DNA of 42,542 nucleotides from Candidatus Muiribacteriota bacterium (GTDB lineage Bacteria; Muiribacteriota; Muiribacteriia; Muiribacteriales; Muiribacteriaceae): NCBI GenBank assembly GCA_051747805.1, contig JBNJGP010000011.1, positions 1 to 42,542 of the forward strand, read 5' to 3'. Shown piece by piece: positions 23,647 to 33,544 of this stretch (position 1 is its first letter; each line of letters starts with the position of its first letter). The notes under the pieces were generated by a model. It saw only the letters and a program-made list of their open reading frames with translations, ran no database searches and was not told where the DNA came from. The position numbers and the translations under genes were made by a program.

Positions 23647-25593
23647 CTAAAGTTCTTTATCTAAATATTTAAGTAATTTTTCATATTCAGGAATTGCATT
23701 TCTACGATAGGAAAGTGTAGCATGATATTTTAATTCATTTAAAATATTATCTAGATTTTCAATAGCCTCTTTTTTTATTTCTGATGGAAGATTATTTTTT
23801 TCAAAATAGGAAAGGGCAGTTTTTATTAAATAAATATGTGGTGCTGGATTAAAATTACCCAGCTCTGATAGAAGTGAGTTTAAATGAAAAGTTTCAAAAT
23901 CTAAATCCTTTTTTTCTTTATTTATCTGGGCAATTAAAAAAGTATAATATCTGAGAGCAGGATTATTATTTTTTTTACCCCATATTTTTAATGAGGGATA
24001 AATATTTTCATAAAGATGCTCCCCGAAAAGCAAGGCAACATTTTCGGTTGTTTCTGAATAGAATTCAAAAGAGGCAACAGTCTTAATATCGTCTTCTAAT
24101 ATACTGTTTTTAATCATATCCCAGTCATCTCTTTGAGTAAGATTTTTTATAATATCATAGGCCTGCCTTAAATGTGTTATTTCATTTGAAACAGGTCTTA
24201 AATAAATCAAATTCATGAAATAGTACTCAACTTGTAATCTATTAGAAATTTTACTTTCTTCTTGAAGTCTTTTGAATTCATTTATTCTTGTCTTATTATT
24301 TTCTGAAAATTCATAATTTTTAATTATAATATTCTTGTCATCCTGAATTTTTTCTGAAATAAACACGTCTTCATCTGCTTTAATGTCGGTATCATCGGTT
24401 TCTTCAACGGTAATATGAGCTTCCATTGACTCGATAATACTATTTTCATGCGGATATTTATCCAGAAGTATATTATAAATTTCCAGTGCCTCATCCTCTT
24501 TAAATACATTAGCCAGGAATTCAGCCTTAGGTAGTAAAATTTTAATTTCATAACTGTCAATATAATCAAACTCATAATTTTTTTTAAACTCATATAAAAA
24601 ATCTATTGCCTCATCATATTGAGAATTAATTAAAAATTCTCTGACATACGCGGCAAGAACTATTTCTTTGGCCTCCTGTGTTATTTCATAATCTTCATAA
24701 TGATTAATCATTTTATCTAGAACTTCCTTAGATCGTTGATATCTAAAGGAGGACTGTGCAAATCTTTTAATATCAACAAGGTATTCTTCGGGTTCAGGAG
24801 GCTGAAATAAAGTTAATACATTGCCTATTACAGGATAATTTTTAACGTTTTCAAAATCTGTGATAATTTTATAGGGAAGATAAATAACAAAACCAATTAT
24901 TAATAAACCAATAAAAGAAATTTTAAGAAAATTAATTAAATAGGTATAATCAAAATATTTAATAACTGGATTAGGTTTTTTTATATCTTTTATTTTTTTA
25001 GGCTCAGGAGCAGGCTTTTTTGTTTCTGGAGGAAAATAATTTAAGGAATACAGATAATCTGTAAATTTCGATGATTTATAATCCTGGTCAATTCTATAAA
25101 TTTTTACTTTATTTGAAATCCCCTTAAAACTCTTAGCACCAATTTCTTTTAATGGAATTTTTGTGTTACTTAAAGAAATGATTACATTTTCAGTAAGATA
25201 AACCTCACCACCTTCTGTTATAGATTCAACTCTAGAGGCTAAATTCACATTTTTTCCAAATATATCATTGTTTTCTGTAACCTCAACCTCGCCTGTATTT
25301 AAAGCAATCCGTATAATAAGCGGATGCCTGTTTAAAGGAGCGCTGTTATGTTTTTTTAAAATGTCCTGCATTACAATAGCACAGTTAATAGCGTTTATTG
25401 GGGAATAAAAAGTAATTAAAAGAGCGTCCCCGATAGTTTTAATAATCTTTCCTCTGAAAAATTTAATAATGGGATACATAAGCTCTTCGTGATTTTTTAA
25501 AAGTTCTTTAAGTTCATTGCGTGACATTTTTTCAGTAATTTTTGTAAAATCTTTAATATCTGTAAACATTACTGTTAATATACGACTTGCCAT
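23647..25593 (-). CDS. Class III adenylate cyclase with single TM and helical (TPR-like) C-terminal domain
   Basis: FTDIKDFT, KTIGDA, DIFGKNVNLASR (K/D adenine specifiers, N/R transition-state residues); TM near residues 225-245; start probably ATG 25593 rather than GTG 25611. Confidence 0.88.
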   Translation of the reverse strand: MASRILTVMFTDIKDFTKITEKMSRNELKELLKNHEELMYPIIKFFRGKIIKTIGDALLITFYSPINAINCAIVMQDILKKHNSAPLNRHPLIIRIALNTGEVEVTENNDIFGKNVNLASRVESITEGGEVYLTENVIISLSNTKIPLKEIGAKSFKGISNKVKIYRIDQDYKSSKFTDYLYSLNYFPPETKKPAPEPKKIKDIKKPNPVIKYFDYTYLINFLKISFIGLLIIGFVIYLPYKIITDFENVKNYPVIGNVLTLFQPPEPEEYLVDIKRFAQSSFRYQRSKEVLDKMINHYEDYEITQEAKEIVLAAYVREFLINSQYDEAIDFLYEFKKNYEFDYIDSYEIKILLPKAEFLANVFKEDEALEIYNILLDKYPHENSIIESMEAHITVEETDDTDIKADEDVFISEKIQDDKNIIIKNYEFSENNKTRINEFKRLQEESKISNRLQVEYYFMNLIYLRPVSNEITHLRQAYDIIKNLTQRDDWDMIKNSILEDDIKTVASFEFYSETTENVALLFGEHLYENIYPSLKIWGKKNNNPALRYYTFLIAQINKEKKDLDFETFHLNSLLSELGNFNPAPHIYLIKTALSYFEKNNLPSEIKKEAIENLDNILNELKYHATLSYRRNAIPEYEKLLKYLDKEL

Positions 25594-25781
25594 TATAAAA
25601 CCTGCTTCCACATATTTCCCACAAAATTGGGATTAATTTTGAAATCATTATACAATATAATTAAGAAAAATTAAACTAAATTTAAAAATATTTTCATAAT
25701 TTTTTATAAAAAAATACTATACAAAATAGAGTTTTTGACGTATAATAGAAATGTAAAACATTTTCGTAAGGAGAATTTAGT

Positions 25782-26669
25782 ATGAGATATTTTAAAAAAT
25801 CAACAATTTTTTTACTAGCTTTAATCTTGATGACTACATTTACTTTTGCTGAGGGTAACCCAATTATTCGTCCGGGTGATGATATTCAGCTTTTAATTCA
25901 TCCGATTTTAGAAAAAAACTGGCAGGTTATGGAAAAATTAGCCGAGAACGAGTCCGAAGGTCGCAGACACATGCAGGTTGTTGACCAGGAGGCTGAAGAA
26001 CTGCTTGAATTTTTAATTCATGAATATCATGAGGGGAATGTTGAATTAATTCATAATTTTATTGATGAGTTTGAAAAACTTGACAAAGTTTCTCAGGCTT
26101 TTCTTTCTGAAAATTTAATTAAACCTCTTATTGAATACGAAAGAACAGAAAGAATTGGTGATATTGTCATTGAGAGAGCTTCTGACTACTTACCTGGATA
26201 TGGATATACTGACCCTTTAAATTATTTATATAAGCTTGGCAGGGAAGTTGGCTCCGAGCATTTACAGAATTTCTGGAAAGAGGAACATAGAGAATTTGAA
26301 GAAAACCGTAAATATCGTTATTATGTTGAAATGAACGCAGCTTCTGAAATGGAGGCAGGTGCAGGTGGAAACTCAAGCATAGAAGGTTTTCAAATAAAAG
26401 GAAACGCAATGGTTGAGATTAATGGCGAGATGAAAGAATACGCTGAGGTTGAGTTTGAGGTTAAACAGAAGGTAACTACAACAGCACTTGTTATGTATGA
26501 AAAAAGGGAAGTTGAATTTGAAGTTTTAAGAGCTGATAAAGGATTCTTTAAATGGCTTGGAAATGGCATGTCCTTTAAATGGGAAGTTGACGGTACTTGT
26601 TATCTTGTGAAAGAATTTCCAGCTCAAACTGATGAAATTATTCCACCTGAACAAATAATGAACTTGTAA
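25782..26669 (+). CDS. Secreted hypothetical protein
   Basis: AAGGAG RBS, signal peptide, own terminator; no recognised family. Confidence 0.75.
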   Translation: MRYFKKSTIFLLALILMTTFTFAEGNPIIRPGDDIQLLIHPILEKNWQVMEKLAENESEGRRHMQVVDQEAEELLEFLIHEYHEGNVELIHNFIDEFEKLDKVSQAFLSENLIKPLIEYERTERIGDIVIERASDYLPGYGYTDPLNYLYKLGREVGSEHLQNFWKEEHREFEENRKYRYYVEMNAASEMEAGAGGNSSIEGFQIKGNAMVEINGEMKEYAEVEFEVKQKVTTTALVMYEKREVEFEVLRADKGFFKWLGNGMSFKWEVDGTCYLVKEFPAQTDEIIPPEQIMNL

Positions 26670-26696
26670 ATAATTAAAAAACAATTTTATATAATG

Positions 26697-26730
26697 AAAA
26701 AAGCGGGCTGTTAAAAAGCCCGCTTTTTTT
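26697..26730. terminator. Bidirectional rho-independent terminator
   Basis: AAAAAAGCGGGCT-GTTAAAA-AGCCCGCTTTTTT between convergent genes. Confidence 0.9.
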
Positions 26731-27476
26731 TATCCATCAATTGAAAGGGAACCATCTTTTGAAACAAAAAGATTTTTTTCCCGAAATAATTTTAATCCAA
26801 TATAAAAATATACAAAACAAAAAATTATTGCCCATAAAATATATGGTATTTGACTAACCTCATAATTAAGTGAAACAGATAATCTAATAATATGTTCGAT
26901 TGGAGGAAATATAAACTGAATAAGGCTGAAAATAAAATTGATAAAACCCCATTCTGAAAAAAAACCACTGATAGCTGAAATATTTATTCCTACAACAATA
27001 TAGAAGATACCATGAATTACCTGATGTATGCTTAATATTACTGGAGAAAAAATTACTCCGGTAATAGAGGCTATAATTATATTTAAAATAACAGGAGGAA
27101 TTGAGAGTAAAAATTTATTTAACAGCTCACCTTCAGGCTTTCTATATAAATACATTAATCCTAAAAAAAGAAAAAGCATAAAAAGATTTTTTAAAAAAAC
27201 AATAAGAATTCTCTCTATAAAATAATTTTTCCTTCCTGAAATTGATATAAAGTAACAGGCTTCTTTTAACTCATAAATAGTTATTCTGTAGGCAGATAAA
27301 AGGCAGGAAAAGATTATTGAAATATTTAAAACAATAATAAAATTATCATGGCCCCAGGTATAATCGCTCATATTCAGTATAAAAATATAGAAAAATGCGA
27401 ATATGACAACTATTTCACTAATAAAGAAGGTTTTATTAAAGTAATTTTTAAGACATAAGTACATTGAATTAATCAT
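26730..27476 (-). CDS. ABC-2-type permease-like membrane protein
   Basis: About 6 hydrophobic segments, C-terminal FREKNL; coupled (TGATG) to upstream ATPase-like gene. Confidence 0.7.
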   Translation of the reverse strand: MINSMYLCLKNYFNKTFFISEIVVIFAFFYIFILNMSDYTWGHDNFIIVLNISIIFSCLLSAYRITIYELKEACYFISISGRKNYFIERILIVFLKNLFMLFLFLGLMYLYRKPEGELLNKFLLSIPPVILNIIIASITGVIFSPVILSIHQVIHGIFYIVVGINISAISGFFSEWGFINFIFSLIQFIFPPIEHIIRLSVSLNYEVSQIPYILWAIIFCFVYFYIGLKLFREKNLFVSKDGSLSIDG

Positions 27477-28297
27477 CAGCTCTCCATTCTAACAATATTT
27501 TCTATTTCAGTTAAAGTCGGTTTTCTGTCAATTTTTGATATAATTTTAATTCCTGATTTTCCAGTAATTTTTTCAATCTCATTTTTTCTATCAGGAAAAG
27601 TAAAAATTTTATCACCTGCAGAAAAAATACGTCTGATTTTTACAGGTTTAGATAATTTAAATTCTGAAATTAAAGTATTATTTAAATCAAAACACGCCTT
27701 CATTTTATTTTTATTATCAAAAATTATTATTTTATTAGCGATAAGGCTAGCCTTATCTACAGGACTTTTTATAATAAAAACTCCAAATTGTGAATATTTT
27801 TTTATTAAATTTATCACCAGCTGGTTTTCTTTTGCAGTTTCTAAAAACGGCTGTTCGAGAACAAATACTTTAAAACCGGAAATAAATGAAAAACATAATT
27901 TAAATAATATTTTTTCGCCAAAATTCATTTTTGAAAGTTTAATATTACGTATTCCTAGGCTTTTTCGAATATCCAGAGCCTCTTTCAGGGAAACTGTTGA
28001 ACTTTTAAATTTACATACTATTTTTAATAAGTTATCGGGCTTGAATTCTTCAAAATATTTGAATCCGTGATAAATAAAAACAGGTTTAAATTCATTTTTA
28101 AATTCAAAATCACCTGATGAAAGGGACGGAGTTAATCCTGCACAAAGGTTTAAAAAGCAAAGATTTTCGTTTCCGCCAGATACATATACAATATCTTTTT
28201 TGTTAATATTAATAGAGACGCCGGAAAAAAAAACTGTTTCCATTTCGTCAATCAAAGAGGCATTTTTAAATGTTATAATATTCTTTTTGTTATTCAT
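27476..28297 (-). CDS. Degenerate ABC ATP-binding-like protein
   Basis: ABC-fold layout, but Walker A (SGGNENLCFL), signature (MNFGEK) and Walker B (FVLEQP) all deviate. Confidence 0.65.
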   Translation of the reverse strand: MNNKKNIITFKNASLIDEMETVFFSGVSININKKDIVYVSGGNENLCFLNLCAGLTPSLSSGDFEFKNEFKPVFIYHGFKYFEEFKPDNLLKIVCKFKSSTVSLKEALDIRKSLGIRNIKLSKMNFGEKILFKLCFSFISGFKVFVLEQPFLETAKENQLVINLIKKYSQFGVFIIKSPVDKASLIANKIIIFDNKNKMKACFDLNNTLISEFKLSKPVKIRRIFSAGDKIFTFPDRKNEIEKITGKSGIKIISKIDRKPTLTEIENIVRMES

Positions 28298-29606
28298 TTT
28301 CGGAATTTTCTTCGCTTAATTTATTGATATATTTAATAGCTTTATCAAGCCGGTTAATTGTAACTTTTTTCCCTAAAATAGCAATTGTTTCAAAAATATC
28401 AGGAGTTACAGTAGTAAATGAGATAGCAATTCGCAGCGGAGCAATAACATGTCGCATTTTTATTTTAAATCTTAAAGCAGTGGAAATAACTTCTTTTTCA
28501 ACATTTTCTTTAGTAAAAAATTCAATATTATAAAACTTTTCCTTAAGTATTTGCAGGATTTGGGCGGACTTGTCATCGACATTAAAGTCACATTTAGCAC
28601 CTTTTGTATTATAGTTATCCATTTCCTTAAAGAAAAATTCACTTTGATTGTAAAAGTCTTTAGGATTTTTAAGCCTGGTTCCAAGAGCTTTAATTACATC
28701 TTTAATTTTCTTTTCTTCATTTTGAATTTTTTCGGGAATAAACTTTTTAATATAAAAATATTTTTCTTCATTATTTAATTTTTCAAAATGAATACTGTTA
28801 ACCCATTTTAGTTTTTTTAAATCAAATTTACCTGCATGAACTTTTACATCTTTAATATCAAAAGTTTCAAAAAGAGTATTTCTTGAAAAAATTTCAGTTT
28901 TACCATCAAATCCCCATCCTATAAGGGCAAGATAGTTAATAAGTGAATCGGGTAGAATTCCCATTTCAAGATATTTTTTAACAGAGGGAGCACCATCAGT
29001 TTTTGTAAGAGGTTTACCGTTTTCTCCGCAGATTAAGGGTATATGTGCAAACCCTGGAAGATTAACCTTCATTGCTCCTGAAAGAAGCACCTGTTTTGGA
29101 GTATGAGAAATATGATCATCACCCCGTATAATGTGAGTAATCTGATTTTTATAATCATCAACAACAACACCAAAATTATATGTAGGCAATCCCTCTTTAT
29201 TTATAATTGGAAAATCATTTATTGTGGCAGTTTCAAATCTGATTTCACCATGTAAAACATCATATACTTTAACAATAATACCGTTAGGAACTTTAAAAAT
29301 TATTTGACCGTCCTTTTTTTTGTATGCCCATTCATTCTCAACAAGTGTGTCTGCAAAATAAGTATAAAGATCCAGATTATCCTTTTGAAAGTATGGACCG
29401 TCATCCCAGCATATACCAAGTTGCTCCAGAGAATACAAAATATTATCAACATATTTCTGAGAACATCCGGACTTTGTAATTTCTTCAAATCTTAATATAA
29501 ATTCACCATCATGGTTTTTTGCAAAAATATTATTATAAAGGGCTGTTCTTGCACTTCCAATATGTAAATCGCCGTTTGGGGACGGGGCAAATCTTGTTCT
29601 TAGCAT
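28290..29606 (-). CDS. gltX: Glutamate--tRNA ligase (atypical, short)
   Basis: RTRFAPSPNG.LHIG, PTYNF..VVDD, IRGDDHISHTPKQ, anticodon-binding C-terminus. Confidence 0.85.
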   Translation of the reverse strand: MLRTRFAPSPNGDLHIGSARTALYNNIFAKNHDGEFILRFEEITKSGCSQKYVDNILYSLEQLGICWDDGPYFQKDNLDLYTYFADTLVENEWAYKKKDGQIIFKVPNGIIVKVYDVLHGEIRFETATINDFPIINKEGLPTYNFGVVVDDYKNQITHIIRGDDHISHTPKQVLLSGAMKVNLPGFAHIPLICGENGKPLTKTDGAPSVKKYLEMGILPDSLINYLALIGWGFDGKTEIFSRNTLFETFDIKDVKVHAGKFDLKKLKWVNSIHFEKLNNEEKYFYIKKFIPEKIQNEEKKIKDVIKALGTRLKNPKDFYNQSEFFFKEMDNYNTKGAKCDFNVDDKSAQILQILKEKFYNIEFFTKENVEKEVISTALRFKIKMRHVIAPLRIAISFTTVTPDIFETIAILGKKVTINRLDKAIKYINKLSEENSENE

Positions 29607-29608
29607 AA

Positions 29609-29968
29609 TTAATCCTCCTGATTATCGATAAAAAATTTCATTTCCTCAATTGAAAATGGTTTAATAAAAACCTTTTTAATATTATACTTTTTAAGCTCAA
29701 CCAGTTTCGGATTCTGAGGCATTGCCGTTATAATAATAATATTAATATCGCTTTTTAATTCTTCCCTTATAAATTTACAAACGTCAATTCCATCAATATC
29801 AGGCATTGAAATATCTAGAATTACCCAGTCAAAATGTCTGGCCTTTAACATTTTCATACCATCACTTCCGTTAGAGGCAATGCCTACATCACAGTTGCTG
29901 CCCTGTAAAAAGTTCTGAAGAAGCAGAAGAATAGATTTTTCATCATCAACAACCAGAATTTTTTTCAT
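29609..29968 (-). CDS. Single-domain response regulator (receiver)
   Basis: ILVVDDE, LDISMPDIDG, TA, KPF; start at TAATG overlap with upstream gene. Confidence 0.9.
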   Translation of the reverse strand: MKKILVVDDEKSILLLLQNFLQGSNCDVGIASNGSDGMKMLKARHFDWVILDISMPDIDGIDVCKFIREELKSDINIIIITAMPQNPKLVELKKYNIKKVFIKPFSIEEMKFFIDNQED

Positions 29969-30915
29969 TAATTCCCCCAAATTTCATTAAAAACCCGTAA
30001 AAAATTTCCGCCTGCAATTTTATTAATATGTAAATCAGAATAACCTATTTTTTTGAGTTTTTCAAATATTTTATATAAACATGTAATATCATCAAGGTTT
30101 TCAGGTGTTTTTTCTATTCCATCAAAATCCGAACCGATTCCAACATAATCAACTCCAAATCGCTCACAAATATAATCTATATGTTTTATAATATCATCCA
30201 CCCCGACAGGCGTATCTTTTTTAACAATATCAGGATAAATTGTAACGCCTGCAACACCCCCGGAACTCTTTATAGCTTTTAACTGTTCATCTTTTAAATT
30301 TCTTGAGACAGGACATAATCTATAGCAGTTTGAATGACTTGCAATAAAAGGTTTATTTCCCATGATTTCTGCCACATCAAAAAATCCGCGATAGTTTAAA
30401 TGAGAAACATCCAGCACAATATTATTTTTAATACATTCAGAAACAACTTCTCTACCAAGTTTTTTTAATCCACTTCTCTGATTGCAATTAGAACCGTAAC
30501 CAAGGGAGTTTTCATTGTTCCAGGTTAGAGAAATCATTTTAATGCCCAGTTTTTTTATAGAATTGACATTTTCAGCTGACGTTATAAAACCCGCACCCTC
30601 AACAGATAAAATAGCTGGGATAATATTTTTATCTTTAAATAAAAAAATATCATTTACAGTTTCAGCCAGCTTTATTTTACCCCTGGATTTATCAATAATT
30701 GATAAACCGTGCGAAAGAATATTAAAAAAGCTTTCAAGAAAACCAGGATTATTTTCATCATCTTCCGGGAAAATTGCAAAAGTTTGACATAAAACATCGG
30801 CTTTATTAAGTTTACTGAAGTTAATTGCCAGGTCTGAATCATCGTTGAAAAAGTCTGAATTTTCAATATAAGATTGAAAAAAAGTATCGCTGTGGGCATC
30901 AACAAAATTATACAT
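29968..30915 (-). CDS. Membrane dipeptidase (peptidase M19)
   Basis: DAHSD, EGA, LTWN, DVSH, ASHSN, RN..D, GSDFDG, GGNFLR. Confidence 0.93.
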   Translation of the reverse strand: MYNFVDAHSDTFFQSYIENSDFFNDDSDLAINFSKLNKADVLCQTFAIFPEDDENNPGFLESFFNILSHGLSIIDKSRGKIKLAETVNDIFLFKDKNIIPAILSVEGAGFITSAENVNSIKKLGIKMISLTWNNENSLGYGSNCNQRSGLKKLGREVVSECIKNNIVLDVSHLNYRGFFDVAEIMGNKPFIASHSNCYRLCPVSRNLKDEQLKAIKSSGGVAGVTIYPDIVKKDTPVGVDDIIKHIDYICERFGVDYVGIGSDFDGIEKTPENLDDITCLYKIFEKLKKIGYSDLHINKIAGGNFLRVFNEIWGN

Positions 30916-31600
30916 TAAAAAATCCTTTTAAATCAGCAAATTTTTTAAGTTTAAAAAGCGAATTATTATTATCAGGAAGCGGATGAGCTTCAAGCTCCCA
31001 CAGAGTTTCTGACGGAATATAAACAGCATTTAGACCAGCCTCAAGCGCAGGAATAATATCACTTTTTGGACTGTTACCTATCATATAGGTTTTTTCCTTA
31101 TCTAGTTTATATCTGTAAATTAAATTTTTATAAACATCAATATTCTTTCTGGTAGAAATTATAATTCCTTGAAAAAATTTTTCAATATCACTTTTTTCAA
31201 CCTTTTCCATCTGAACAGAGTAATTTCCTTTTGTAAGTAAAAATAAATGATGTTTTTTATGAAGATTTCTAATAGTTTCTTCAACATTATCAAAAAGCAC
31301 AGGAGGATGACGGAAAAGCTCATCATGTTTTTTTTCAATTCTGAAATAAAGTTCTTCACAGCCTTTATTGAATTTATGCAGAGTTTTTTTCATTGATTCT
31401 TTATAATAAATATTACCAAAAAGGTTATTTTTAAAAGAAATAGAATCAAATTTGAGTAAAGTTTTCATAGTTTCTTTTTCATCTAAATTAAGCTCGTTAA
31501 TTAGCTCTTTAAAAAACTGGGTGAACTGATTAAAAAAAAGCTGATTTTCCCATAAAGTATCATCAGCATCAATAATTAAATTCAACCTCTTATTGCTCAC
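30908..31600 (-). CDS. HAD-superfamily hydrolase
   Basis: DADDTLW, LTKG, IGNSPKSDI. Confidence 0.9.
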   Translation of the reverse strand: MSNKRLNLIIDADDTLWENQLFFNQFTQFFKELINELNLDEKETMKTLLKFDSISFKNNLFGNIYYKESMKKTLHKFNKGCEELYFRIEKKHDELFRHPPVLFDNVEETIRNLHKKHHLFLLTKGNYSVQMEKVEKSDIEKFFQGIIISTRKNIDVYKNLIYRYKLDKEKTYMIGNSPKSDIIPALEAGLNAVYIPSETLWELEAHPLPDNNNSLFKLKKFADLKGFFNV

Positions 31601-32901
31601 AGGTTTATACCTTTTTTAATCTTATTTTCAAAAATTTTAACAATTTCATCATCTAAAGAAGCCATACCAGCATGAGAAACTATTTTCAGGTTTTCAATAG
31701 TATTTTCAATTTCATTTTCAATAATACCGTTATGCTCATCAACCACACAGGAGTTTAAAGAGAGAAGAGCATAATTCACAGAATTGGCACATGCAGAGGA
31801 AAGTTTCAACGAACAGCTACCCTTGGCCCCGTCGCAGATAACGCCTGTAATATCTGCAAGCAAATTAGAAATAGAGTTTATAATATTTTCTTTGTTATTT
31901 CCCATCAAATATGAAATTCCCGCAGCGGCTCCAGAAGCAGAAGCAGAAACACACCCACAAACAGGTGATAATTTCCCAAGCTTCTCTTTTATATAACCAG
32001 TTATCAGAAAGGAAAGGGCAAGAGCTTTATATAGTTTAGTTTTATCGGTCATTTCTAAAAAATCAAAATAACAGTAAACAGGGACACTTGCAGCAATTCC
32101 CTGATTGCCGCTTCCGCACAAACTCATAACCCCGACTTTTTCTCCACCCATTCGGGCATCGCAGGCTCCGGCCACCATATATTTAATATAATTTTGGGCA
32201 CTGCGACATAATTTATTTTCATCCCATAACTTTTTTAAAGTAATACCCAGTTCTAAACCACATGGATGTTTTAATCCATACTCTGCAGCCTTAATATTTG
32301 TGTTAATAACATTCTCGGTTAATTTAAGATCATCTTCTGGAATATTATTAATAATATCTATAATATGTTGAAATGAAAAAGAATCAAACATGGAAATTTT
32401 AGATTCACTTTTATTTGTTTGTGAATCAGTTTTTTCATAAACTATTTCCGCATTTTTTATAAGTTTAACCAGGTTAAGATGATCATATTTAACTTCTGAA
32501 ACAGCATATTCATCACCATAAGTATAGGCCTTTACAAGAATAAAAATACCTTGTTTTTCTTTATCAACAAGAAGATTAACCCGGTTTTGTTCAACAAATT
32601 CTGACGCTTTATTGTAAATATCATCTGAAACATCGGAAAAAATTTCAAAACCAAGCTCAGGTTTTTTGATAAATGCGCCTAATGCTCCTGCATAAAGATT
32701 ACCAGTTTTTCCACCGCTTCCGGGAATACCAGCCCCGAAACCATTTTTAAAAATATTTCGGTCAGTAATAATAACCAGCTTTCTGATAGGCTTATCACCG
32801 AGAAGCTTAGTAGCATGAGCAGCAGCAAAACCGACAGCGACAGGTTCAGTGCAGCCGTAGGCTAGTTTAACATTTTTTTTGTAAAAGTCTTTAAAATTCA
32901 T
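31597..32901 (-). CDS. L-cysteine desulfidase-like (YhaM/CyuA, serine dehydratase alpha-like family)
   Basis: AYGCTEP, DARM.G, GSGNQG, LSPVCGC, ICDGAKGSCSLK; start reassigned to ATG 32901 with AGAGG RBS. Confidence 0.88.
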   Translation of the reverse strand: MNFKDFYKKNVKLAYGCTEPVAVGFAAAHATKLLGDKPIRKLVIITDRNIFKNGFGAGIPGSGGKTGNLYAGALGAFIKKPELGFEIFSDVSDDIYNKASEFVEQNRVNLLVDKEKQGIFILVKAYTYGDEYAVSEVKYDHLNLVKLIKNAEIVYEKTDSQTNKSESKISMFDSFSFQHIIDIINNIPEDDLKLTENVINTNIKAAEYGLKHPCGLELGITLKKLWDENKLCRSAQNYIKYMVAGACDARMGGEKVGVMSLCGSGNQGIAASVPVYCYFDFLEMTDKTKLYKALALSFLITGYIKEKLGKLSPVCGCVSASASGAAAGISYLMGNNKENIINSISNLLADITGVICDGAKGSCSLKLSSACANSVNYALLSLNSCVVDEHNGIIENEIENTIENLKIVSHAGMASLDDEIVKIFENKIKKGINL

Positions 32902-32986
32902 TAGAATTTCCTCTTGTTTTATATGGTAAATTAACAGATTTAAGTATATAATTAAAACAAAAATATGTAAAGATAGGAGAATAATT

Positions 32987-33544
32987 ATTTTAATACCAGT
33001 TTCTAATGGTAAAAAATCCGAATTTGTTGTTAAAGGCTCTAAATTTATTGGACAGGCTTTTTTTATAAAAAATAGAGAAAAATCAAAAGAAATTCTAGCC
33101 AAACTATGGCAAAAACATCCACAGGCCACCCATATTGTATATGCTTTTAAAACCGGAGGCTTGAAAAAGGACATTTACGGTGCCTCAGACGACGGAGAAC
33201 CCGCCAAAACAGCAGGAAAACCTGTATTGCAGGTACTTAAGGGAGCAAATATAACAAATGTTATATTAACTGTAATTAGATATTACGGAGGAACAAAACT
33301 CGGAACCGGAGGCCTGGTAAAATGTTACACACAAAGTGCCAAAGATCAAATATCATTATTAAAAACAAAAAAGCTAATACCTTTAAAAACGGTTGAATTA
33401 AATATTGAATACTCTAAATATGAATTATTAAAAAAAAGTATTGCTGAGAATAAAGGTGAAATAATCGAAGAAAAATTCACAGATAAAGTATATATAAAAT
33501 TCTTAATTCAAAAAAAATGGGGTCGGAGCGTCGATTTTTCATAA
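32987..33544 (+). CDS. yigZ: YigZ/IMPACT family protein (probable non-canonical ATT start)
   Basis: Frame open upstream of TTG 33161 and encodes VKGSKFIG and HPQATH...YAF; SDDGEP..TAG and RYYGGTKLGTGGL follow; AGGAGA RBS at 32975-32980. Confidence 0.85.
   Translation: MLIPVSNGKKSEFVVKGSKFIGQAFFIKNREKSKEILAKLWQKHPQATHIVYAFKTGGLKKDIYGASDDGEPAKTAGKPVLQVLKGANITNVILTVIRYYGGTKLGTGGLVKCYTQSAKDQISLLKTKKLIPLKTVELNIEYSKYELLKKSIAENKGEIIEEKFTDKVYIKFLIQKKWGRSVDFS

Noticed and set aside
32902..33174. 91-codon N-terminal extension of the cysteine desulfidase-like ORF
   Set aside because: It is antisense to the conserved yigZ N-terminus; an RBS-supported ATG exists at 32901.
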